Assembly (NCBI RefSeq): GCF_001194135.2
Contig: NC_069002.1
Span: 26,030,023 to 26,094,022, forward strand
DNA: 64,000 bases
Reading direction: 5' to 3'
DNA from: Octopus bimaculoides
Taxonomy: Eukaryota
Shown here: piece after piece, positions 1 to 13,294 of the stretch
Position numbering within the stretch: the stretch's first letter is position 1
Layout: every line of letters starts with the position of its first letter
Made by a program: the position numbers and the translations under genes
Notes under the pieces: generated by a model
The model's database searches: none
What the model saw: only the letters and a program-made list of their open reading frames with translations
Told to the model about the DNA's origin: nothing

Positions 1-1285
1 CTCTCTCTCTCTCTCTCTCTCTCCCTGTTGTCCAATTCAGTCAATGGGGCTACATGGTAACCTCACTGGTGTTGGTGCCCCACCAAAAACCACCCGGAAG
101 GGCATCCAGCTGGCAAAGCAGACATTGGAGTAGAATGCAGTCTTTGAATACGTCAGATCTTATCAAACCATCCAACCAGCATCAGTGAGGACCATGGATG
201 TTCAATGATGATGGAGATGATGATGATGATAAATACATAGGTGCAAGTGTGGCTGTGAGGTAAGACATTTGCTTCCCAACCACAAGGTTCTGGTTCAGTC
301 CCACTGCATGGTACCTTGGGCAAGTGTGTTCAACTATGCCTTTGTGAATGGATTTGGTTGACAGAAACTAAGAAGCCTACTGCATGTGTGTGTGTGTCTT
401 TGCATGTGTGCATGTGTGTGTGTTTGTGTGTGTATGTGTGTGCATGTGTGTGTATGCGTGTGTGCATGCAAGCATGTGTGTGTTTGTGTGTGTGTGTGTG
501 TGTGCATGTGTGCATGCAAGCATATGTGTGTGTGTGTGTGTGCATGTGCATGTATGTGCATGTGTTTGTGTGTGTGCATGTATGTCCGTGTGTGTGTGTG
601 TGTGTGCAATGTGAGCATGTATGTGTGTCTGTGTGTCTCTCTCTTTGGGTCTGTGTGTCTCTCTCTTTGGGTCTGTGTGTCTCTCTCTTTGGGTTTGTAT
701 TTGTCTCTTCCTTCACCACATGACAACCAGTGTTGGTTTGTNNNNNNNNNNNNNNNNNNNNNNNNNNNNNNNNNNNNNNNNNNNNNNNNNNNNNNNNNNN
801 NNNNNNNNNNNNNNNNNNNNNNNNNNNNNNNNNNNNNNNNNNNNNNNNNNNNNNNNNNNNNNNNNNNNNNNNNNNNNNNNNNNNNNNNNNNNNNNNNNNN
901 NNNNNNNNNNNNNNNNNNNNNNNNNNNNNNNNNNNNNNNNNNNNNNNNNNNNNNNNNNNNNNNNNNNNNNNNNNNNNNNNNNNNNNNNNNNNNNNNNNNN
1001 NNNNNNNNNNNNNNNNNNNNNNNNNNNNNNNNNNNNNNNNNNNNNNNNNNNNNNNNNNNNNNNNNNNNNNNNNNNNNNNNNNNNNNNNNNNNNNNNNNNN
1101 NNNNNNNNNNNNNNNNNNNNNNNNNNNNNNNNNNNNNNNNNNNNNNNNNNNNNNNNNNNNNNNNNNNNNNNNNNNNNNNNNNNNNNNNNNNNNNNNNNNN
1201 NNNNNNNNNNNNNNNCAGCTCTGGTCAAACTGTCCCACCCATACCAGCATGGAAAACATATGTTAAATGATGATGATAATAATGG

Positions 1286-1346
<61 letters not shown>

Positions 1347-2785
1347 AGTGGTGGTAGTGGTGGTGGTGGCGGTGGTGATAATGGTGATGATGATGACGAT
1401 GATGATGGTGATGATGATGACGATGATGATGGTGATGATGATGACGATGATGATGGGGATGATGATGGNNNNNNNNNNNNNNNNNNNNNNNNNNNNNNNN
1501 NNNNNNNNNNNNNNNNNNNNNNNNNNNNNNNNNNNNNNNNNNNNNNNNNNNNNNNNNNNNNNNNNNNNNNNNNNNNNNNNNNNNNNNNNNNNNNNNNNNN
1601 NNNNNNNNNNNNNNNNNNNNNNNNNNNNNNNNNNNNNNNNNNNNNNTGGTGGTGGTGGCGGTGGTGATAATGGTGATGATGATGACGATGATGATGGTGA
1701 TGATGATGACGATGATGATGGTGATGATGATGACGATGATGATGGGGATGATGATGGTGATGATATATATGATGGGCTTTTTCAAGAGCCACTTGCAAGG
1801 ATTTGGTGGTCTCGTGTTGGGTTCTTGTAGAAGACACTTGCTCAAGGTGCCACACAGTGGGACAGAACCCATAACCATGTGACTGGGAAGCAAACTTCTT
1901 ACTACACAACCACCCCCACACCATACAATCATTGTCCTTCGTTTCTAATCTACTCTGAAAACAAATCTGATCATGGGGAAATATTCGTTTCTTCAATAGG
2001 AACAAGATCTGTAATGTGGTGGGAGGAGATAAGTTGATTGCATTAACCCCAGTGCATGACTGGTACTTTATTTCATCAAGCCACAAGGAGGGCATCCAGC
2101 CACAAGAAAATCTATTTCAACAGATTTTGTCTGACATTACAAGCATGGAAAAGTGGACATTAAAAACAATGTTGCTGCTGCTGCTGCTGCTGCTGCTAAC
2201 GATGATGATGATGATGATGATGACGACGACGATGATGATGATGATGATGATGATGATGTTGGTCTTTGGGGAAAAGGAAAAAAGCTGATAAGAGTTTAAT
2301 CATTAACCAAAAATAGTCAATCAAAAATATCGAATTTGAATGAAGATCTCTCTGCAGTGTCACTGCAGAGAGATTCTATTTTTTTTTTTTTTTTGTTGAA
2401 AGTTTTGCCAAAAATTACACTTTCAACTCAATGGTTTTCCAATGACACCTATTTCTTTTCTTAATTTTATTTCCTTGGCACTATCACAAAGTGTTTTCCT
2501 TCTCTCTCTCTCTCTCTAGCTCTTTTTCGCTTTCTCTTTCTCTCTCTCTCTCTCTATCTATCTCTATGTCTCTCTTTTTCTCTTGGTCAAAACTTTCATC
2601 GATAAGAAATCAATATTAAGATTAAAATCTTGTTTTTTAAAAATTGATTTTTATTACTCTAAATGTTAGATCTTTTACTCAGAGGGAAAAAAAAAAACAA
2701 CCCCAGAAAAACATTATCACAAACTGAATGCAACATTTTTCTTTTTTATTTGCATGTGTCTTCTTTTCAATATTATTATCATTAC

Positions 2786-2825
<40 letters not shown>

Positions 2826-2862
2826 ATTACTGTTTTTATTATCATTATCATCAACATTGTTG

Positions 2863-2912
<50 letters not shown>

Positions 2913-4867
2913 AATATTATGTGAATTCATTTGTAAGTGGTTGTTAATCAATGGTGAAGTAATTGATTTTAGCCATTAGAGATTTTCAGGTTTGAGTTTC
3001 TCCAACAAGAAAGTTTATTTGTCCAAGACCAATTCTATATTTAAGCATGCTCCCATATGTACACATACACACGCATACTTTCCTCTTTACGCATACACAC
3101 AACTGACATAATCTTATGCTTGCCCACACACACATGCACACATTATCCACACACAAGCATACACCCACTTTAACTAGGTCATTGTTATCACCCCTTCCAT
3201 TCAATCACATCCACATCCTTCTAGTCAATTCAACATGTAAAATCATTAGTCCAGATATGTCTTTTTCTCTCTCCATTTTCTTTCTTGTTCCTTTCTGTCA
3301 AAGAGCATAGGCTTGAAACATCAAAGACTTCTCCCATTTTTCCTGAGCATCAAGCTAATACACCATGTTTCTTGTTCCCACATCTATCTCTGTCTTTTGT
3401 TTTTGCATAACATTGGACCGCATACATACATACTTACATACATCATCATCGTTTAATGTCTGCTTTCCATGCTAGCATGAGTTGGACGATTTGACTGAGG
3501 ACTGGCAAACCAGGAGACTGTACCAGGCTCCAATCTACAGCTGGATGTCCTTGCTAATGCCAACCACTCCGAGAGTGTAGTGGGTGCTCTTATGTGCCAC
3601 TGGCACGAGGGCCAGTCACATGGACTGTCAACGGCCACGCCCAGATGGTGCTTTTTACGTGCTACCTGCACAGGACCCAGTCCAGCGGCACTGGTGACGA
3701 CCTCACTCAAATGATTTAAGGCAACGACCTCACTCGAATCTTATGTATATTTTATTAACTTGCATGTATGGCTTATGCTCACAGGCACCAATGATGGTAT
3801 CTTAAAAAATATTATCGTTCTCATATTTATTTATAAATAATTTCACATATTTCGTTTGTTTAAATTGCTGTTTGACAACTTCAAATGAATTTACAGGCAT
3901 GTAGGGGCAAATTCTAGTAGCTGTTCCCGGCAGGTTTGACTGAGGAGATTCAGGCACCGTTTGGTGCTAAATTCGAAATTGTGATATCAAATTAACCAGC
4001 ATTCCTTTTGCAGACTTGGTGGAGGTAGGATGCTGATCTTGTTTACTACACTTAGTCCTATAATGCCTTTATTAATTTTGTGATTCTTCTGTGGCTTAGA
4101 AATATTTTGACTTCTATTTTTAAAATGTTGATGCTCATGTAGTATCCTTGCTTGTACACACACACACACACACACAAACACACACACTATATATATATAT
4201 CTCCCTCTCTCACAGTTCATTGCTTTCTCTTCATGCTCACTTTCCCTCCTCTTTTCACTTCACTGTGTCCCTGTCATTTTTTCTCGCCCCTCCTTATTTC
4301 TTCTGCCCCTCTGCCTCTACCTCTCTCTCTCTTCTCTCCCCACGTGACCAGTGTTCGGCCAAGCCTGACCTTTCTTTCTTGGTTCGGCTGTTGTCCATAC
4401 AACATCTATATTCTTCCCTGTGTCTGTCAAATCTTGTATCCCTTCCGTAAGGTTTTACTTCCACACACGCCAGTTTAATTTAATTCGCCCTTAGTCGAAA
4501 GACACCTGTTTTATGTCCTGTTATTTGTATTTGTGTAACATTCTCCGTTTTTTTTTTTCTGTCTTTGTTTTCGTATACATTTGCTGCTCTCTTCCAAGGA
4601 ATCTAATGCTCTTAGCTTAATTTTTCCTTGGGACTGGCCAGATTGGAGCAATCTCGAGTATAACCAGCCAAAATTGCAAAGATAATCTGGAACTCGGCTG
4701 AGGATAGAAAACTCCGAATGACCCATCCTTGTTTTCTTTGTATCGTCTGTCTGGATGTTTTGTGTTCTTGTCCCATTTTGTATTTTATATATATGTATGT
4801 GTGTANNNNNNNNNNNNNNNNNNNNNNNNNNNNNNNNNNNNNNNNNNNNNNNNNNNNNNNNNNNNNN

Positions 4868-4910
<43 letters not shown>

Positions 4911-5120
4911 GATTATGAGTGAAAGTGGTGTCAATTAGACCCAGAGGTTTCAGGTAATGCTGAGTAAGTGCCGTGGATAGACCATAGTTACGCTCCAGGT
5001 TTGGTGATTATGCGAATAAGGGGTCCAACGTAGGTCATATATCAGTGTGTGAATATAAGGATTTCCTAATGAGATAAAGAACCAAGGCTGTGTATAATAT
5101 AGCACATTTATAAATAGAAG

Positions 5121-5168
5121 GTCTTACAGCTGTTTCCAGGATATTTATTATATCCCTTCATCGGAGAC
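5121..5168 (-). ncRNA. Degenerate type I hammerhead, same family as 60854
   Basis: Reverse complement: GTCT-CCGATGA-AGGGATAT(aataa)ATATCCTG-GAAAC-AGCT-GTA^AGAC, with a U4C core change. Confidence 0.6.
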
Positions 5169-6198
5169 AGTGTGAGAGGATGGTTAAGCAGTAGTTAGTT
5201 TACATAAGATAGNNNNNNNNNNGGAGACAGTGTGAGAGGATGGTTAAGCAGTAGTTAGTTTACATAAGATAGGAAATAGAGAGTGAATGTAGGGATATTG
5301 TATTTGTAAATCCAATGTTTGGGCAGAATGGTATATATACATGATTCCAATACCTTGTGAGTAAAATCCAATAGTCTTTAAGATTGGTCATTGCATTTGT
5401 AAATCCAATATTAAGATTCCAATTCCCTATGAGTAAAATCCGACAGTCTTTGAAATTGGTCATTCCAAATACAGAGTTTATACACAGTGTTATTGAATCA
5501 AGGGTTCTGTTTAAAGTGACCTAAAAGCAGGGGATGTATTAGTAGGGTCAAATCGAAAACAGGAAGAGAGGAATAAAGGAAGAGACAAAAAAAAAGAAAA
5601 AAAGTGGGGAGAAATAGAAGAAAAAGGAAGAAGAAAATAATAAAAGGAATAAAGAAAAAAAGGAAAAAGGATAATATATACCTGCTCTACTACATCTACC
5701 CATCTGTCTTATTCAACACTCTTTTAGTTTCCATTTAAAATTGGAACTGGTAACTACCGCATTTCTTTGCCATGGATTATCATGGAACATTCTCCTTTGA
5801 AACTGCTAATGGACATTATCTATAACTGCATTATTTATTTGATCATGGAACTATCGAATGCATACGTATTTTACTCTGATTCTTCCCCCATTTTTGACAA
5901 ACTGGAATATACTAATATCCTTGACTGGGAATATTCCCCTCATTTTCACATCTCTCTTACTACTCCCTGTCTGATTATGGAATATTCAGCTTATGGAACC
6001 TTTACACAACATGATGATCCAAATGCTTGACTTTTCTACAAATAGCTGCAACAAACTCTGTACGTTAATATTCATTATTTAAATTAAACGTCTTTCTCAG
6101 CTGATGCCAAATGGTTTGCTTTTTCATTTTTACTTTAAACTATCTATCTATCTGTCTGTCTGTCTGTTTATCTGTCTGTCTGTCTATCTATCTATCAG

Positions 6199-6267
<69 letters not shown>

Positions 6268-6351
6268 GTGTGTCTGTCTGTCTCACTCTCTCTCTCTCTC
6301 TCTATCTCTCTCTGTCTATCTATCTATCTATCTGTCTGTCTGTCTGTCTGC

Positions 6352-6383
<32 letters not shown>

Positions 6384-6412
6384 TTGTATGTATGTATGTA
6401 TATGTACATGTA

Positions 6413-6565
6413 TATTTACATGTAGTTAAATATATGTTCAGTCATAGAGTGACCAATGGTTTCACAATCATAAAGCACTTAGCTTTATAGACAACTCATC
6501 AGACTCCAATGGCCGTGAAACCATTGGTCATTATGACTGGACATATATTTAACTACTCGTAAATA
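6413..6565. repeat. Imperfect fold-back; right arm duplicates the 3' half of the hammerhead
   Basis: 6413-6465 pairs with 6515-6565 (gtgaaaccattggtca...tatgactg(g/a)acatatatttaactac). Confidence 0.85.
6445..6508 (-). ncRNA. Type I hammerhead ribozyme with GUC site and degenerate base of stem II
   Basis: Reverse complement: TGGAGT-CTGATGA-GTTGTCT-ATAAAGC(taagt)GCTTTAT-GATTGT-GAAAC-CATTG-GTC^ACTCTA. Stem I is TGGAGT/ACTCTA and stem III is the palindrome ACCA-T-TGGT. Confidence 0.7.
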
Positions 6566-6875
6566 CGTTACTGATTTTCCTTTAAAATGTGCTTTTGTTT
6601 CAGATATATGATCCACTAACAATACATACATACACTTGAATATATATACAATAATAAAAGGAAAATGGAGAGATTAAACTGACGTATGTTAATTTATTAA
6701 CATAATGTAATATTATTATTATAATATAAAATAAATATAATCCCTACAATTGTTTCAATTCAACCTCAAAAACCAAAACTTTATATGGATTTACAAAGGC
6801 AATGACCAATTTTAAGGACTATTGGATATATATATATATATATGTATATAATAAAAAGTCAGGATATGATAAGTA

Positions 6876-7538
6876 CCTGTTTGTACGAAAAAGGAGTTAA
6901 AACCCTCCAAAGCCATGCTTCTCTCACTATATGTAAACATGCACAAAGAATATAGGAGATATATTTCTCGAAAACAGTCCTCCCACTTGTAAAATACATT
7001 TAGTAAAATACAAATAAGATCATAGACATTCTGGTATCAATTGATTTCGCTTTCTCTGTTGAACCAACACTTAAAGCTCGTCAGCTAGGCTTACTGCGTA
7101 AACTATTTCAAAAAACATATTTACCTCTCCGTGTGCGTTGTTCAACTGAAGGCCCCGTGACTTTCAAACGAACATTAGTGAGCAAGTATAAATTTTAAAA
7201 TTCAAATAAGTTATCATTATCTACAAAAATAATGATGAAGTGGCCAGCAAACATTATGCAAATAACCGAAAAATATATATAATAATAAAAACTCAGGGTA
7301 CAATAAGTACCTGTTTGATTGAAAGGGGAGTAAAATCTAGCATCTCTCACTATATGTAAACACAGAAAGCGAAATCAATTGATACCAGAATGTCTAAGGT
7401 CTTATTTGTACTTTACTAAATCTATTTTACAAATGGGAGGACTGTTTCTGAGAAATAATTATATTCTCCATGCATGTTTACATATATTGAGAGATGTGTG
7501 ACTTTGGAGGGTTTTAACTCCTCTTTCATACAAACAGG
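6876..7538. mobile_element. Element with ~190-bp imperfect inverted arms (MITE-like)
   Basis: About 6876-7062 versus 7361-7538 are inverted. Ends read TA|CCTGTTTG and CAAACAGG|TA, and a third partial copy of the left end lies at about 7283-7360. True termini may lie slightly further out. Confidence 0.65.
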
Positions 7539-7666
7539 TACCCTAACATTTTATTATTATATATTTTTTGCTTATTTGAATAATGTTTACTGGCCACTTT
7601 ATCATTATTTTTATAGATAATGATAACGTATTTGAATTTATATATATATTAGATATCCTTAAAAGT

Positions 7667-8132
<466 letters not shown>

Positions 8133-8136
8133 TTCA

Positions 8137-8172
<36 letters not shown>

Positions 8173-8548
8173 CATATATATGTGTGTGTTTGTGTGTATG
8201 CATGGCGTTCAATGAAATAAATATAATATAAGTTGAATGCTCGAAATGAGGAGTAGATAGACAGCTGACAACTGATGAAGGGTCATTTTCTATGTTTACA
8301 TATTTTGCTTTCTATTTTTTTCTCTTGTTGTTTGCGTATTTAACTCATTTGTTTTCGTATTTCATGTTGTTGACACAGTTGGTGACGTCCTGTACCCTAT
8401 ATGCATATATATATGTGTATGTATATATATACATATATATATATATTAATAGTAATGGTAAGACAACAAAAGAATGAATGAGACCTCAATATTATGTAAA
8501 TAGAGGAATTTATCTGTAATATAATATGTGACAATTATTCGGTTGCCA

Positions 8549-8611
8549 TAATAAAACTCAGAGTTTCGGATGTTGGGGCGGAAATCTGCTCCAGCATCTC
8601 GTCAGTTATCA
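8549..8611 (-). ncRNA. Minimal type I hammerhead ribozyme (mirror copy)
   Basis: Reverse complement reads GATAA-CTGACGA-GATGCTGG...CCAACATC-C-GAAAC-TCTGA-GTT^TTATT. Confidence 0.7.
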
Positions 8612-8633
8612 AGACAGATATTTTTGTTTGTCT

Positions 8634-8696
8634 TAATAACTGATGAGATGCCGGAGCAGATTTCCACCCCGACATCCGAAACTCAGAGTTTTATTA
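8634..8696 (+). ncRNA. Minimal type I hammerhead ribozyme
   Basis: TAATAA-CTGATGA-GATGCCGG...CCGACATC-C-GAAAC-TCAGA-GTT^TTATTA. It has a 6-bp stem I, a palindromic stem III (AAACTC-A-GAGTTT) and a GUU site after 8690. There is one extra C before GAAA. Confidence 0.75.
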
Positions 8697-10216
8697 TGGC
8701 AACCGAATAATTGTCACATATTATATTACAGATATATATATATATATACATTATTAATGTTATATACATATATGTGTGTGTGTGTGTGTGATAGACTTCA
8801 TACAGTTGCTCTCGACCAAATTCATTCACAAAGCATTGCTTGACCCAAGGCAAGATACTTAACCCTGATGCCATGCAGTAGGACTGAACCCCAAAACTCA
8901 CATAATTGAGAAGCAGACTTCTTAACCACACAACCATCCCCTGCCCCAACCCTCACCCTTACATATATATTTCACATTTGACTGAACTGTTACGGAGCTA
9001 ATTTAATATAAATGTCAAAATATTTTCTTAAATTGCATTTTATTTTTAAATATGAATTTTATGAAAAAATATGACCAGCTTAAATACAATTATACAGCAT
9101 TGAGATTAAATATTATTATTCACTTTTCTCAAAATAATTGAATTTCTAGATCATAAAATAAAATATCGAAATAATGAAAAATTAATTCGGAGAAGAGGAA
9201 AAGACTTTGAAATGGAATTATTAAAATAATAAGTGAATTATCTTAAATTATATTAAGTGATAATCTATATTAATCTTAATGAATGAACGAATGAATGAAT
9301 GACAATGATGATGCTGAAGGGGGGGAGAGGTGAAGAGGAGGAGGAGGAGGAGAAGAAGAAGAAGGGAGGGGAGGAGGAGAAAGAGGAGAAGAAGTATAGT
9401 AGAAGGAGGATGAGAAGAAGAAGAAGAAGAAGGAAAGGAAGAAGGGAGGGGAGGAGGAGAAAGAGGAGAAGAAGTATAGTAGAAGGAGGATGAGAAGGAG
9501 AGAAGACGAAAAAGAAGAAGAAGTAGAAGAAGAAGAAGTAGAAGAAGAAGAAGAATATGATAATGATGATGGTGGTGGTGGTGGAGGTGGAGGTGGTGGT
9601 GGTGCTATGATTTCATCAACAGTTCACAACTTTAAAAGTACAAGCATTTAAAAAAAAAAGAAAACAAAACAAAACACAGCTGTGGCTGTGTGGTAAGAAG
9701 CTTGCAGATATAATGATAATCTTTTCTACTATAGGCACAAGGCCTGAAATTTGTGTGGAGGAGGTTAGTTGATTACATCGACCCCAGTATGTAACTGGTA
9801 CTTATTTAATCGACCCTGAAAGAATGAAAGGTAAAGTTGATGTCGGTGGAATTTGAATTCAGAACGTAGTGGCAGACAAAATGCTGATACGCATTTCTCC
9901 CAGTGCACTATTGATTTTGCAAGTCCAAGGACAGGGTTAAGTCGGATTACATCAAATCTAGTGTTCAACAGATACTAATTTTATCGAGCCCAAAAGGATG
10001 TAAGGTAAATTTGACCTCAGTGGAATTTGAACTCAGAACGTAAAAATGGATGAAATGGTGCAAAGCATTTAACCAGACATGCTGATGATTCTACCAGTCC
10101 GCCATCTTACTTTGGATTAAAATAACAAAAGCTATATTAAGTTATGAACTCATATCTAAAGCATTCTAATCAACCGTTGTAATTTCACCAACGATCAACA
10201 TTTCAATATTTACATT

Positions 10217-10483
10217 ATAAAGGTAGGGGAACATCGCAGAGCTGTGACACGAGGAAATATTGATAAATCTGGTATAGCTGATCACGTATGGAAAAATGGA
10301 GACCACCTCTCCCTATGGGATGAAGTTAAAATAATACACAGAGAACATCACTGGAAAATACGAAAACTAAAAGAAGCAGCACATATGCTAGGACACAACA
10401 ACCTCCTAAGCAGACCGAGTGCAGATATGAACAGCATATGGGAACTGATATTAAGGAAAGATAGAAAAATATTAGATTTATAA
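10217..10483 (+). mobile_element. Penelope-like element GIY-YIG endonuclease C-terminal fragment
   Basis: IKVGEHRRAVTRGNIDKSGIADHVWKNGDHLSLWDEVKIIHREHHWKIRKLKEAAHM...SRPSADMNSIW matches the PLE pattern EH...SA.A.H...H...W....I...E...R...EA. Confidence 0.8.
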
Positions 10484-10541
10484 GCCCTAAAATTCACTCC
10501 ATAATTGCCCACAGGCATATGGCATAGTGGTTAAGAGCGTA

Positions 10542-10582
10542 GTGATGAAGGCTGGAGGGTATTTCAGGTGAAATGTTGCGTT
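10542..10582 (+). ncRNA. Hammerhead remnant downstream of a PLE endonuclease
   Basis: gTGATGA-A-GGCTG...CAGGT-GAAAT-GTT-GCGTT. The core and stem II are eroded and the 5' strand of stem I is missing. Confidence 0.4.
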
Positions 10583-11439
10583 AACAACAAACAAGATGAG
10601 GACGAATATCCGTCAAAGGTAGATAACATAAATAATGTACATAATTCCTCATCTCTCAAATATAGAACTGTATTTGAATGTTTAATTTAAAACCCCAATT
10701 TAAATCCCATAGGTATTTTTCATCATGATTCCTTCCCTCAACCTTCCCTCATCACACTGCAAGTCTGCACTTCAACCTCATTGGTAGAGATCCTTATTGG
10801 CAAATTCAGTTTGTGAATATTTGGAACTTAAAACTAAAAGCAGCCACTTCAATATTGCAGATTTGACAAGATGCCAACCTTATTTGATAGGAAATAACCA
10901 AAACCCTAATATATAAGAACATCCTTAAGGCATTGATTAAAGTTTGGCACCTGTGTCTGATTCCATCCTCACCTCTTTGTTGTTGTGTAATTCACACACA
11001 TTCATTAATCTCTGCACACCTCGCTTGCACTTCATCAGAACTACTCTGTTAACGCTGCTTATCAACAACACAATACCGCAGTTACCCATGGCACCACCAC
11101 AAGACACCCCCCCCCNNNNNNNNNNTACTGCTTCGTCCTCGTCGCTACTTCCACCCCCACCCCACGTGACTCTATTTTGGTTTCTTTGTTTCTTTTTTTT
11201 TCTTTTATTTTTTAAATGTTTACAAAGGAATGTTATAATAATGTGGTTTGTGTGAAATTATTAATTGAAATATTAAGATTGAAATTTCAGTCTGTCACCT
11301 GTTGAATGAATTGGAATGTCTCTGTGTAGAATCTAGTAGTAGTAGTAGTAGTAGTATAGAGGAGGAGAGAGCAGCTGTAATGGCTGTCATGGCTGTATTA
11401 TTATTATCATCATCATCATTATCATTGTTATTACTTCTG

Positions 11440-11720
11440 CCTTAGCAAAGATGGAGGTAGTGTTTTCAGTTGTTTGTTTGTCCATGGCCAAGATATCTCA
11501 AGAACCGCCTGATGAATTCAAATGAAACTTTCAGGGATGTTTAGCATCGTGACTGGCACAAAACTGATTAGATTTAGGGATTGATCCAGTACCAGTCAAG
11601 GATTCTGTATTATTTTTTTCTGCTTTTTTACTTAATTTTTGAGAGCGGTCAGGTTCATTTTTAGTATTCCTGTTTGTGAGAGCAGTCGAGTTTATTTCAG
11701 ATATTCTCATTTTTAAAATA
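11440..11720 (+). mobile_element. Unclassified interspersed repeat, possibly Helitron/HINE-like
   Basis: gtttgtttgtcc...atatctcaagaaccg...gaaactttcagggatg motif, recognised from memory only. Confidence 0.35.
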
Positions 11721-11826
11721 ATCTCCGGCTAATCACTGAGTGGACACTGGTGTTCCTTTGATGGAGGTTTGTGCTCTCTGAGAGTGCTCTTGTTATCATC
11801 ATCATCATCATCATTATTATTATCAT

Positions 11827-12205
11827 TGTTCAGTAGTTTTATTTTTATAACGTGCTTTCACTTCACTACCGAGCGCAGCTCTGTGTGCCTTGGGTATGTG
11901 CTGTGGTTTGAAGCGATGCTCTTATGGTTACTGTATTGAAAGTGTTTTGTGTAGGATGTGTGCAGTGCCCAGTAGTGCAATTTTCTGTATGTTATATATA
12001 TTTGTAAGTCCTGGTGTTTTTGTTATGTATTTGTCTGAATATTTTTTTATTATACCTAAGGCACCCACTATGATAGGAATTCTTTCTGTTTTTAGATTCC
12101 ACATTCGAGTTACCTCTATTTCCAGGTCTTTGTATTTTGAAAGTTTTTCCATTTCTTTTATGGAAACGTTGTCATCTGCTGGTATTGATACATCAATTAG
12201 AAAGC
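11827..12205 (-). mobile_element. R4/Dong-like RLE LINE 3' end, nearly identical to the 37430 copy
   Basis: EKLSKYKDLEIEVTRMWNLKTERIPIIVGALG...KIALLGTAHILHKTLSIQ. A second short RLE end (LGTARIIRQVL) lies at about 12379-12560 (-). Confidence 0.9.
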
Positions 12206-12225
12206 ATTTTTTTCCTTCCTTCCTT

Positions 12226-12378
12226 CCTTCTTCTTCTTCTTCTTCTTCTTCTTCTTCTTCTTCTTCTTCTTCTTCTTCTTCTTCTTCTTCTTCTTCTTCT
12301 TCTTCTTCTTCTTCTTCTTCTTCTTCTTCTTCTTCTTCTTCTTCTTCTTCTTCTTCTTCTTCTTCTTCTTCTTCTTCT
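12226..12378. repeat. Long pure (TTC)n microsatellite
   Basis: About 50 uninterrupted units between two RLE LINE ends. Confidence 0.95.
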
Positions 12379-12605
12379 TGTTTGGCCCAAGTTTGGTCTT
12401 ATTCCTGGCAGAAATTATGTAGATAGTAGGTTACTACCTGTAACCTTAGGTATCCACAAGTTTTCAGCAGTGTTTCAAGTGCTTAGAACCTGCCTGATAA
12501 TCCTTGCTGTCCCTAGCTGTTTTGCTCATCTATTGTCCATGCGATTACCCCTACTCCATATCTATTTATCTAATAGATATCTAAATATCATCATCATCAT
12601 CATCA

Positions 12606-12651
<46 letters not shown>

Positions 12652-13239
12652 AGCGGTAAGCTGGCAGAATTGTTAGCTTGCCAGGTGAAATGCTTAGCGG
12701 TATTTTGTCTGTCTTCACGTTCTGAGTTCAAATTCCGCCATGGTCAACTTTGCCTTTCATCCTTTCAGGGGTCGATAAATTAAGTACCAGTTGCGTACTA
12801 GGGTCGATGTAATTGACTCCTCTCTTCCTCTAAAATGGCTGCCCTTGTGGCAAAATTTGAAGCCATTATTTTTATTATGATACCATGTACTCCTAAAAAG
12901 CACTGATGTGGGTAGCACAGAAAACGCACTGGTGCTGGTTCTACATGAAAAGCATTGGTGCTGGTGCCACGTAAAAGACACCTAATGCTCTCTGTAAAGT
13001 GTTTGGTGCTAAGAAGTGCATCCAGCTGTAGAAGCCTTGCCAAAACAAGCAACGGAACCTGGTGTGACTTCTGGCCTTACCAGCTGCTGTCAAACCATGC
13101 AACCCATGCCAGGATGGAAAACGGACCTGCGATGATGCCATTTTCACTTTTTGCTTTGCATCATTTCTTTCAAGTGTTGTTAAATGAAATGTTCTTTGGA
13201 AAGAACTGTGATTGCCTGAGGCTGGCTTCACCCTCTACA

Positions 13240-13257
13240 TCAGGAGAACTACTACTA

Positions 13258-13294
<37 letters not shown>

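Larger units (their letters stand above)
8511..8734. repeat. Fold-back with 106-bp arms and 12-nt loop
   Basis: 8511-8616 versus 8629-8734 show 6 mismatches in 106 bp. Confidence 0.95.

Noticed and set aside
1340-1765. Duplicated (GGT/GAT)n block suggesting an Asp/Gly-rich protein
   Set aside because: The copies flank a gap and are probably an assembly overlap of a RTE-tail microsatellite.
5163-5272. Exact 50-bp direct repeat
   Set aside because: It flanks a 10-N gap (5213-5222), typical of an unmerged contig overlap.
5767-6030. 87-aa ORF with repeated IME.S
   Set aside because: It reflects a short DNA repeat (atcatggaa), with no splice or homology support.
8270-8300. CTGATGAAGGG
   Set aside because: No downstream GAAA or stem III was found.
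11000-11045. Minus-strand CTGATGA-A-GTGCA...TGCA
   Set aside because: The GAAA half of the core is missing.
11505-11540. CTGATGA...GAAAC hammerhead-like words
   Set aside because: No stem II or stem I can form, and the words lie within another repeat.
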